Shown in pieces: positions 9,030 through 17,200 of a DNA stretch of 60,468 nucleotides. The stretch covers positions 1 through 60,468 of IMG/VR virus record IMGVR_UViG_3300046786_000249. One strand, written 5' to 3'. Position 1 is the stretch's first letter. Every line of letters begins with the position of its first letter. This DNA comes from a virus (Duplodnaviria; Caudoviricetes). The notes beneath the pieces are model-generated. The model saw only the letters and a program-made list of their open reading frames with translations, was not told the DNA's origin and searched no databases. Position numbers and translations under genes: made by a program.

Positions 9030-9290
9030 ATGTCAGCAACTTACAACAACCAAATCGAGATCGTTCTGTTCCAGAACACCAAGGCCAAGAGCGACAAGGC
9101 TCCCCAGGAGACGGGCACCGTGACCTTCCCTGACGGCACCAAGTACGAGGTCGCCATCTGGAAGAAGGTCTCCAAGAACGGCAACCCGTTCAAGTCCGGC
9201 GTCCTGAAGCTGGCCGATCAGAACCGTCAGCAAGGCGGCTACGCACCCGCTCCGGCCGCGCCCAAATCCGGCGTTGACGTGGACTTCTGA
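9030..9290 (+). CDS. SSB-like small OB-fold protein
   Basis: APQETGTV...YEVAIWKK...G pattern, acidic aromatic C-terminus DVDF, located next to ERF. Confidence 0.65.
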   Translation: MSATYNNQIEIVLFQNTKAKSDKAPQETGTVTFPDGTKYEVAIWKKVSKNGNPFKSGVLKLADQNRQQGGYAPAPAAPKSGVDVDF

Positions 9291-9292
9291 TC

Positions 9293-10150
9293 ATGAATTT
9301 GACCAACCTCCACGGGTTGCCTGACGCCCTGGTGAACGCGGTCCGAAACGACCCGTACACCGGGGGTGGGGACATCTCCGCAACCAAGCTCATCGACTCA
9401 CCGCGACGTCGCACTTTGTATAAGAAAAACAAAGACTTTGTTGTGGAAGACGTGAGCGAGCGGATCTGGTCGCTGATGGGTCAGGCCGTACACACCGTGC
9501 TCGAGCGAGCTGGCACCAACGCCATGGTCGAAGAGCGCCTCTACGCAGAGGTCAACGGGTGGAAGGTGAGCGGTCAATTCGACCGCCTCCACTTAGGCGA
9601 CAAGGTTCTCCAAGACTGGAAGGTTTGCTCGGTCTACAAGGCCAGCGGCGACATCAACTGGGAGCGCCAGCTCAACGTGTTGCGTTGGCTCGCGATCAAG
9701 AACGGCTACGAAGTTGATCGGATACAAGTTGTCGCGATCTTCCGTGACTGGAAGCGCAGTGAGGCCGACCGCAAGGAGGATTACCCCCAACGCAATGTGA
9801 TGGTCATTGACCTTCCAGCTTGGCCTTTAGAAGAATGCGAGCGCTACATCAACGGGCGCGTCGCGTTGCATCAGGCAAGCGATGCGGGGGAGGAGATCGA
9901 ATGCAGTGATGAAGAGCGCTGGTACTCGGGCACCACCTACGCCTTGATGAAGGAGGGCGGTGTACGTGCCAAGCGTGTGGTTCCGATCCTGTCTGAACTT
10001 GGCGAGATCCCGGCAGGCCACTTTGTGCAAGAACGCCCAGGCGTCAACCGACGTTGCGAGGGCTATTGCGAGGTCGCTCCGTTCTGTACGCAGTACCAAA
10101 GAATCAAAGGCGACCGTCCTCAGGAGAATAATAATGATGTCGATTTTTGA
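9293..10150 (+). CDS. PD-(D/E)xK / Cas4-like exonuclease
   Basis: GQAVH, GQFD, QDWK, QLNV and C-terminal C-x3-C-x5-C. Confidence 0.85.
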   Translation: MNLTNLHGLPDALVNAVRNDPYTGGGDISATKLIDSPRRRTLYKKNKDFVVEDVSERIWSLMGQAVHTVLERAGTNAMVEERLYAEVNGWKVSGQFDRLHLGDKVLQDWKVCSVYKASGDINWERQLNVLRWLAIKNGYEVDRIQVVAIFRDWKRSEADRKEDYPQRNVMVIDLPAWPLEECERYINGRVALHQASDAGEEIECSDEERWYSGTTYALMKEGGVRAKRVVPILSELGEIPAGHFVQERPGVNRRCEGYCEVAPFCTQYQRIKGDRPQENNNDVDF

Positions 10151-10316
10151 AGCCGCCCAATATCTCGGGATCAGCGTTTTCAGTCTTCGCAAGCTCGCTC
10201 GGGAGAAGAAGATCCCCAGCGGCAAGGTTGGACACCAGTGGCGCTTCCGAAAGGAAGACCTGGATTCCTTCCTGCAAAGTCAGTACGGAGGCGGTGATGA
10301 ACCAGCGGCCGCATGA
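10134..10316 (+). CDS. Excisionase-like HTH protein
   Basis: MSIFEAAQYLGIS...IPSGKVGHQWRFRKEDLD; AGGAG RBS. Confidence 0.8.
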   Translation: MMSIFEAAQYLGISVFSLRKLAREKKIPSGKVGHQWRFRKEDLDSFLQSQYGGGDEPAAA

Positions 10317-10596
10317 CGACGTAATGGAGCACCCGCTCTTTCCAATCTTCGTTGCCGCCATCGAGCAGGCGATGTTTGGAAAGGGTGAGCGTCACGGCGG
10401 AGCAACCACGCCGTTCCTCGAGCAACCTTGGACGCACTACGTGAAGATGCACGGTCGCGGGTTCGCAACCGGGCAAGCCGCGAAGAAGCTCGAGGAAGCC
10501 GCCAGCACACGCCAGGGAGAGTCGTTCGACACTGAGGTGTTGGGCGCGATCGTCTACTCGGGCATGGCCGTCCTGGCGAACAGGGGGCAGGTATGA
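10297..10596 (+). CDS. Hypothetical phage protein
   Basis: QAMFGKGERH...GQAAKKLEEA...LGAIVY; GGAGG RBS. Confidence 0.7.
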   Translation: MNQRPHDDVMEHPLFPIFVAAIEQAMFGKGERHGGATTPFLEQPWTHYVKMHGRGFATGQAAKKLEEAASTRQGESFDTEVLGAIVYSGMAVLANRGQV

Positions 10597-10934
10597 GTGC
10601 AGTGCCTGTCCTGAACGAGCGCATCGCCGAGATCAATGCCGACGCTGGCATGGCCACTGCCGTCGCTCACGCGAACCAGCATGAAGAGGACTGGTCAGCC
10701 ACCGCGCAGGTTCTGTTCAAGCTCTACGCCAGCTTCCACCCCGAAGGCTTCATGACCGAAGACGTCCGGGTGTGGGCCTGCAAGCTCGGCTTCCCGGAGC
10801 CTCCGGACAACCGCGCCTGGGGCGTGATCGCAAAGAACCTGGCCAAGGGCGGCTACATCAAGTCGCAAGGCTTCGACAAACAAAAGAGCGCCAACTGTCA
10901 CGGGGCGCCCAAGACCGTATGGAGGAAAGGATGA
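10593..10934 (+). CDS. Hypothetical protein (possible winged helix)
   Basis: FMTEDVR...PPDNRAWG...GYI...VW. Confidence 0.7.
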   Translation: MSAVPVLNERIAEINADAGMATAVAHANQHEEDWSATAQVLFKLYASFHPEGFMTEDVRVWACKLGFPEPPDNRAWGVIAKNLAKGGYIKSQGFDKQKSANCHGAPKTVWRKG

Positions 10935-11377
10935 CCAACTACCAACGCACCGCGAACTGGCTCCACGCCTGCGGCAAGGGTCAGACCGTACCGAACCTGT
11001 CGCTTCAGATCGGGTGCCACCTCGAGGAGTTCTCTGAGTTCCTGCGCGCACTGTCGATGCAGTCCATCGGCGACCAGCTTGTGGTCGATCAGATCATTGG
11101 CGACCTCGATCACATCGGCAACAAGTTGAAGCTGGGCTACGCCGTCGCTCGCATTCCCGAAGGGCTGCGCGTGGCTGCACTCGATGCGCTGTGCGACACC
11201 GAGGTGACCGGCAATGGCGTGGCGTACCTGGCCGCGTTCAACAAGGACGCCGCGGATCAGGCGGTGATCGCATCGAACGAGGCGAAGTTGGTCGATGGTC
11301 AGCCCATCTTTCTGGCTGGCGGGAAGATCGGCAAGCCCGAAGGCTGGACGCCACCGGATCTCTCGAGGTTCGTGTGA
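10931..11377 (+). CDS. MazG-like / NTP pyrophosphohydrolase
   Basis: LEEFSE, ALDALCD, SNEAK and GKIGKPEGWTPPDL motifs. Confidence 0.8.
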   Translation: MTNYQRTANWLHACGKGQTVPNLSLQIGCHLEEFSEFLRALSMQSIGDQLVVDQIIGDLDHIGNKLKLGYAVARIPEGLRVAALDALCDTEVTGNGVAYLAAFNKDAADQAVIASNEAKLVDGQPIFLAGGKIGKPEGWTPPDLSRFV

Positions 11378-11646
11378 CTGACTACGAGCAGGAGGAGCGC
11401 TGGGCGCGTGAGCTCAATGAGTCTCGACGTCGCCTGGCCGCTCGAGTCAGGGAAGCGGTGATGACAACGTCACCGACCCGACGCAGAGCCCTCTACCAAC
11501 GCTGGCGCGATGAGCTCGGCGATGACACCGCAAGGGAGTCCGCCAAGTTCGCTGAAGCCTGCATTGCAGGACGCCGCAAGGTGTACGAATTAGAAAGGAT
11601 GGTGGTCGATGAGAAGCCACAAGAGCGGTCTCTCAGTCTTTTTTGA
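11374..11646 (+). CDS. Hypothetical protein
   Basis: GTG overlapping the upstream stop; 90 aa. Confidence 0.6.
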   Translation: MTDYEQEERWARELNESRRRLAARVREAVMTTSPTRRRALYQRWRDELGDDTARESAKFAEACIAGRRKVYELERMVVDEKPQERSLSLF

Positions 11647-11746
11647 CGCGGTGGCAATGGTGATCCTGTGGGCGGCGGCGGTCGTCTCGATTGGTTTCAT
11701 CTTCCGCGCCATGAAGCATCTGTTCTGCGTGGGGTACGGCTGCTGA
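11609..11746 (+). CDS. Small single-TM protein (45 aa; not in ORF track)
   Basis: MRSHKSGLSVFFDAVAMVILWAAAVVSIGFIFRAMKHLFCVGYGC; TGATG coupling to the next gene. Confidence 0.5.
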   Translation: MRSHKSGLSVFFDAVAMVILWAAAVVSIGFIFRAMKHLFCVGYGC

Positions 11747-11943
11747 TGGATGACCCTCAGACAGTCGCCATGCTGCGAAAGCAGCTCCGCGAGCAGATCA
11801 ACAAGGTTCCTGATTCGGTCCGTAACGGATCGATTCAGACAACGCGATCCTGGGTTGCGCAGCGCAATGAGGCCATGAAGGTTCTCAACAAGCCCAACTC
11901 GACGGCAACACAGTTGATGAGCGCCATCAACTCGATCAAATAA
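11746..11943 (+). CDS. Hypothetical protein
   Basis: MDDPQTVAMLRK...; coupled start. Confidence 0.65.
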   Translation: MDDPQTVAMLRKQLREQINKVPDSVRNGSIQTTRSWVAQRNEAMKVLNKPNSTATQLMSAINSIK

Positions 11944-11955
11944 CAGGAGAACCCA

Positions 11956-12192
11956 ATGACCATTACCCGAGAACCGACGTTTGGAGAGCGAGCTTGCGGC
12001 GTGAGCTTCAACCCAGGCGGCAACCCCCATGTCGATTCGATCAAGGCGAAGTTCGCCGCGATCGTTGACGAGCTCAACGAGCTGCGCGATGCGTCGGACA
12101 ACCCCGATGTCAAGCGCATGCACAGCGTTGCCATCACCGAGGCGCAGACCGCGCAGATGTGGGCGGTGAAAGCCGTCACCTGGAGAGCGTGA
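11956..12192 (+). CDS. Acb2/Tad1-like helical-hairpin protein (candidate signalling-nucleotide sponge)
   Basis: FNP...VDSIK...RMHSVAITEAQTAQMWAVKAVT; AGGAG RBS. Confidence 0.6.
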   Translation: MTITREPTFGERACGVSFNPGGNPHVDSIKAKFAAIVDELNELRDASDNPDVKRMHSVAITEAQTAQMWAVKAVTWRA

Positions 12193-12515
12193 TGGCGATC
12201 GAACGAACAACCCTTGGCTACCCCGGCCAGACGCATGAGCTCAGCGGCGTTGCCTATCCAGCGAACGGCTTGATGCCTGATGCGACGATAGCGAAGCCCG
12301 CCGTGCTGCTCGACAAAGATCCGTGGAAGCACCGCAGTCAGGGCATGTCCTGCTCTACCTGCATGTGGTTCGTGCGCAAGGTCTCGGAAGAGCCGCAGGC
12401 AGACAAGAAGCCCCTCGGTCGTTGCCGCCGTCATGCACCCACGATGAACGGCTACCCGGTGGTCTTCATGACCGACTGGTGCGGCGACCACAAGCTCGAC
12501 GAAAACAAACTCTGA
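12192..12515 (+). CDS. Small Cys-rich metal-binding protein
   Basis: CSTC...GRCRRHAP...YPVV...DWCGDH. Confidence 0.7.
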   Translation: MAIERTTLGYPGQTHELSGVAYPANGLMPDATIAKPAVLLDKDPWKHRSQGMSCSTCMWFVRKVSEEPQADKKPLGRCRRHAPTMNGYPVVFMTDWCGDHKLDENKL

Positions 12516-12517
12516 TC

Positions 12518-12629
12518 AATGGGGGAAAGGGAAGGAGCATGCACTGATCCGGTGAGGGGACTGCTGGGGATGCCCGGTGGTCAGTTGCAACCCCTCCAAA
12601 CGATCAGCCTTCCTGAGTACCCCGCCATT
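12518..12629 (+). ncRNA. Candidate structured RNA with a loop-E (GAA/AGUA) module
   Basis: Nested stems GGGG/CCCC, GGGAAGG/CCUUCCU, CUGAUC/GAUCAG, GAGGGG/CCCCUC and GACUGCUGGG/CCCGGUGGUC with G-U pairs on the + strand. Confidence 0.6.
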
Positions 12630-12656
12630 TTCCCAACCCTGAAAGAAAGTACTGAA

Positions 12657-12872
12657 ATGAACCAAGCTCAACAACCCCAGCACGTCCAACTGCACGTCAC
12701 CGTCAAGGACATCGAGACCATCCTCGGTGTGCTCGGCAAGCAGCCCTTCGAGCAAGTCGCCGACCTGTTCATGAACATCCGCCAGCAGGCCATGAGCCAG
12801 TTGAACCCTCAGCCCGCGCCCAGCGGTCCGGACGCCCCCATGCCGCCCGCGACCCCTGAGACGTCTCACTGA
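12657..12872 (+). CDS. Hypothetical protein
   Basis: ILGVLGKQPFEQVADLFMNIRQQA; Pro-rich tail. Confidence 0.7.
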   Translation: MNQAQQPQHVQLHVTVKDIETILGVLGKQPFEQVADLFMNIRQQAMSQLNPQPAPSGPDAPMPPATPETSH

Positions 12873-12882
12873 TTGAAGGAGT

Positions 12883-12921
12883 CCGTCGAGGGTGGTAGCT
12901 TTGTGCTGCGGCCTTCGACGG
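12883..12921 (+). promoter_or_regulatory. Long hairpin directly upstream of the integrase RBS
   Basis: CCGTCGAGGGTGGTAGC-TTTGT-GCTGCGGCCTTCGACGG (17-position stem, one mismatch); GGAGGT at 12925-12930. Confidence 0.6.
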
Positions 12922-12934
12922 TATGGAGGTAGGT

Positions 12935-13993
12935 ATGTCCATTTATCGTCGCGGGAATGTCTGGTGGTACACCTTCATGGTGAAGGGCAAGGTCCACCGG
13001 GGTTCGTGCAAGACCGAAGACGAGGTGCAGGCCCGTGAGTTTCACGACCGCGCTCGGGCTGATGCCTGGCGTGGCCGGATTCTCAAGGACGCTCAGAAGC
13101 ACTCCGTCAAGGAGGCGGTCGATCGGTTCCTGAAAGAGCGTGAGTACAAGCGCTCGTTCAGTGACGATCAGCGGTACGCCGCCTGGTGGCTCGAGGAGTT
13201 CAAGACCACCCAGGTTACTTTGCTCGAGGACGTGACGCCTGACGTGGTTGCGGAGATCAGGGACGAGGCGCTGACGCGAAAGACGGCGCGCGGAACCCTG
13301 ACGGCTAAGGCCACGATGAACCGGCGCTTGGCGTTTCTGCGCTCGGTCATGTACACGGCGCACAAGGAATGGATGTGGCTCGAGCAGTGCCCGAAGATCA
13401 AGCTGTTGGCGGGCGAGGTCGAGCGACGTCGGTTCCTGACCCCGGAGGAAGTGATTCGGTTGGTTGAGGCGTTGCCTGAGCCTTACGGAGACATGGCGTT
13501 GTTTGCCGTGTCGACGGGGCTGCGTCAGGGGAACGTTCTGAAGCTCGAGTGGGGGTGGGTGAACATGCAGCGTCGGTCTGCCACCTTCCCGCATGAGGTG
13601 ATGAAGAACGGTTTGCCGTTCTCCTGCGCGCTCAACGAGACGGCGGTGACGGTTTTGCGGCGTTACCTGGGTAAGGACGAGGAGCGAGTCTTCGTGACGC
13701 CCGAGGGATTGCCGGTGAGCTACATCCCGTCACACGTTTGGGCGGCGGCACTCAAGAAGGCAGGGCTTGTCGATGTGCGCTGGCACGATCTGCGGCACAC
13801 CTGGGCGAGCCTCTTGAGGCAGGCGGGGGTGGAGCTCTCTGAGCTTCAGGAGATGGGTGGTTGGGAGTCCGCGATCATGGTGCAGCGGTACGCGCACCTG
13901 AATGTGGAACACCTGGTCACTCACGCCAACAAGATGGATGGCTTGTTGACCCCGAAGGCGGCTACTGCACAGAATTTGCACATCGCCGCTTAG
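12935..13993 (+). CDS. int: Tyrosine integrase
   Basis: STGLR, MKNG, WHDLRHT, MGGW and QRYAH catalytic motifs; N-terminal arm-binding-like YRRGNVWWY; adjacent to the tRNA-derived att core. Confidence 0.95.
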   Translation: MSIYRRGNVWWYTFMVKGKVHRGSCKTEDEVQAREFHDRARADAWRGRILKDAQKHSVKEAVDRFLKEREYKRSFSDDQRYAAWWLEEFKTTQVTLLEDVTPDVVAEIRDEALTRKTARGTLTAKATMNRRLAFLRSVMYTAHKEWMWLEQCPKIKLLAGEVERRRFLTPEEVIRLVEALPEPYGDMALFAVSTGLRQGNVLKLEWGWVNMQRRSATFPHEVMKNGLPFSCALNETAVTVLRRYLGKDEERVFVTPEGLPVSYIPSHVWAAALKKAGLVDVRWHDLRHTWASLLRQAGVELSELQEMGGWESAIMVQRYAHLNVEHLVTHANKMDGLLTPKAATAQNLHIAA

Positions 13994-14013
13994 CGTTAGC
14001 AGGCACTAGCATC

Positions 14014-14026
14014 CAAGTGCCTGATT
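14014..14026 (-). promoter_or_regulatory. IHF-like site, int side of attP
   Basis: AATCAGGCACTTG, one mismatch to WATCAANNNNTTR. Confidence 0.45.
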
Positions 14027-14030
14027 TGTT

Positions 14031-14077
14031 TGGCTCCCCGACCTGGGCTCGAACCAGGGACCTACGGATTAACAGTC
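14031..14077 (-). mobile_element. attP core = 3' half of tRNA-Asn(GTT)
   Basis: Minus strand reads GACTGTTAATCCGTAGGTCCCTGGTTCGAGCCCAGGTCGGGGAGCCA (anticodon loop, T arm, acceptor 3' strand, CCA); the 5' half of the tRNA is absent. Confidence 0.92.
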
Positions 14078-14112
14078 TCGTACGGGGTGTAGTCCTAAGT
14101 TGGGGCACGTTG

Positions 14113-14125
14113 TAAGAGGTTGATT
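14113..14125 (-). promoter_or_regulatory. IHF site, distal arm of attP
   Basis: AATCAACCTCTTA, exact match to WATCAANNNNTTR. Confidence 0.6.
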
Positions 14126-14170
14126 TCTTAACGAACGCCGTCTGAAGGCCGCTCTTCAGCAACCTCAAGC

Positions 14171-14195
14171 AACGTCCCCAACTAGGGACGTTTTT
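14171..14195 (+). terminator. Intrinsic terminator downstream of int/attP
   Basis: AACGTCCC-CAACTA-GGGACGTT-TTT. Confidence 0.7.
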
Positions 14196-14201
14196 CTCAC
14201 A

Positions 14202-17200
14202 TCAATCCCCGGCCAGGATCTCCTTCTTCATTTCCGGGTTGCTTGCCATCAGCATGCGAACCGAGAGCTGAATGATCTCTTTCTCCTTGGCTCGGGCCAG
14301 GTTGTACATCTGGACCTTCTCGCCGTACGTCATGTCCTTGCGTTGCTCGAGCAGGTTGCGAGCAGCGCGCAGATCGTCAATCTGGTTGTTCGCCGCGTTG
14401 ACGATCCCGACTGCCTGGCCCAGGTTCGGGTGCTCCTTCAGGATCTTCTCGCGGTTCTGCTCGTTGAACTTGAAGTCATCGAACTTGGTCTTGACGTAGC
14501 CCTCGGCACGGCGGAAGGCGCCGAAGTCCCAGCTTTCAGGAACCTTGGCTGTCAGGCGGTCAACCAGCGGGATCGCTGCCGACTTGGTGTCGTAGCCCAA
14601 CGCACTCTTTGTGGCCCAGGATGCAGCCTTGTAGAGCTCCGCGCCGACGCCTGGCACATAGGACCCGATCAGGTAGTCCACGATCCCAGGGTTCACGTCG
14701 ATCAGGCCGCTGTTGACCCGGTCGCCACCGGTGAGCTCGTTCAGGAACTTGAAGGTGCCCGACGAGATCGGAGAAGCCGAGTCGAAAGCCAGCGCAGAGT
14801 TGGATCGCTCGCCAGATCCGAACAGTGACGGGGTCTTCACGATCGGTGCGCCGAAGCGGTTCTCGTTGAATCCGATCTCAACGATCGGCAACAGGGCAGT
14901 CGGCGAGATTGCCTTGAAGAACGCGCCGGTCTTGGACTGAGAATCCAAGCCAGCCGATCCGATGGGGGAGAACGACTCAAACGCTGCCTGGGCGATGCGC
15001 TTGGCGGTCGTGCCTGCCGACATGGTGCCAGCCCACATCGTGTCTGCCGTGAACGTGCCTGCTGCGAAGAAGGCGTTCCAGCCGTACGGGATGGGGATCG
15101 CGGTCAAGGGCATGTCCGGCCACAGGACCAGGCTGGTTGCCCGCTTGAACACCGGGATCTTGTCCAGCTTGTTGATGCCGTCGTCGTCCTCACCGCCCAG
15201 AGCTCGAGCCAGGATGTTCGCCATGAAGCCGACCACGAACATGCCGCTGGCCAGCTTGGCCACGGTCTTTGGGTTGTCTACCGCCAGCTTGATCATCTTG
15301 GCGGAACCCTGGACTGCGGGGTTGAAGAACAGGAACCACTGACGCAGCCACTTGGAGGCGCCGCGCATGTTGAAGTTGACCGTGATCTCGCCAGCGAAGG
15401 TCGCAGCTTCCTGGGCGGAGAAGCCAGCCTCACGCATCACGCGGTAGGCGGCGATACGCGGAGCCATTTCCATCGGGATGTTGATGCTCTCAACGATCTC
15501 GACCATCTTACCCACGCCCTTGACGAAGGCATTTGGATCCTTCGGGTCGAGCATCTTCTCGAGCTCTTCGATCTTCTGATCCAGGCCGCGCAGGTTCAGG
15601 AAGCTGGTTGCGCCACCAGCACGACGCATCTCCTGATACCAGCCGATCATGGTCGGGTCCGCGCCCTGGCCGCGCTTCCCGTCAGTGGCGACGTGGAACG
15701 CTGCGTTGATGGCAGAGGGCAGGTACTTGACCATCTGGCGAGCCATCTCCTTGCTCACCCGCTTGTCGGCCACTGCGTTGAAGTACAGGGACTGCGTGTC
15801 ACGCGTGAAGTTGATGGCCGTCCAGGCAGGGTTCCAGGTCGTCAGCATCTGACCGATCACCTGGTTGAACTTGCCCATCACTTCGAGCGGCCATGGGCCG
15901 AGCTCGGGAGGCGCGATCGAGCCATGGATGGCGTCAGCGAAGGTGCCCTTGCCGGTCTGCTTGAACTGGATTGCGGTGGGGCGACCGTCAACGTGGACGA
16001 TCATCACGTCCTTGCGACCCAGGTAGTTGCTGTCCAGCTCCTCGACAACCTGTTGAGTGTCGGGATCGAAGCGGCGGTTGTACTGGATCCGGTTGATGAC
16101 CGCGAAGTCCGGGTCGTAGTTGTATTCGAGCATGGCCAGCAGCTTCTGCTTCACCATGTTCTTGTTGGCTGTGACGAGCGCTCGCTCAAACGACACGATG
16201 GTGCGAGCAACGATGTCCTCGGCAACCGACTCGCGACCGAGAGCTCGCTTGTCCTTCTTGCTGTTGAACTTGGAGCCGACGCCGCCGATGCCAGAGTCAT
16301 CGAAGCGGTTGTCAGCGTCAGGCAAGCCGCTCAGCGTGACGTAGTGCTTGTAGTTTGCGCGGGCGTTGCCTTCGGCCTTGTTCATCATGCCGGACTCGTA
16401 CGTGCGCTTGAGCTTGTAGGCCGACATGTCAGCCAGGATGATGCTCATCTCGTTGAGCTCGCGAGCGTACGGCTGGGACGAGATCGCCGACAGGATGCGC
16501 ACGGCATCCTTGGTGAACATGCCAGAGCCACCGTCGGGCATCTTCGGGTTGATCTTGGCGATCTGCTTGTTGCGCTCCTCGGCGTGCATGGCCGTGAGGT
16601 AGGCGTCCACGATGTTGACGTCAGGGCCAATGCGATCAACCACATCCTGGGGCAGGCCCAGGCTCGAGATCGTGCCGCTGGCGCCTTTCTCAAAGGCTTC
16701 CTTCTTCAGGGCCAGGAGCGGCTTCTCGAATTGCTTGCGGGCCTCGGCCAGCTCTTCTCCGGTGCGACGCTCGTAGTTGCCTTCCAGGTCTGGCACCAGG
16801 TCCATGGCGGCAGAGATGCGACCCTTGGCGCGCAGGCCTGCAACCGCCTCGAAGACAGGCAGAAACTCGTTCTGCATGTTGATGATCGCGGTGCGCTTGA
16901 GGTGGCGCCCCATGTTCACGATGGCGCGAGCGTTGTCCATCGACAGGGGTCGGCTGAAGTCGATCTTGCGGAGGTCTTCAGGCGCCCGGTTGTCGACGTA
17001 CTTCTGGAAGTCCGAGCCCAGCTTGAAGTCGATGTACATGCCGGAGCGAGCGCGCATCACAACCTGGCCGTGCTTGCGCATGGCGGCAATGACGTTGTTG
17101 AAGTCTCGCTCGATGGCGGTGTTCCAGCCGCCGCGGATGTTCTGGCCGGTGGCCGTGAACACAGCCCACGTCCCGGTGATCGGGTTGTAGCGGGCGTACG

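Noticed and set aside
9293-10150. Cas4-like nuclease as part of a CRISPR system
   Set aside because: No repeat-spacer array or other cas genes; context is ERF/SSB recombination
14031-14110. Complete tRNA-Asn gene
   Set aside because: The D arm and 5' acceptor strand are absent; only the att core is present
14137-14146. GCCGTCTGAA, the Neisseria DNA uptake sequence
   Set aside because: Only one copy noticed in 60 kb of GC-rich DNA; compatible with chance
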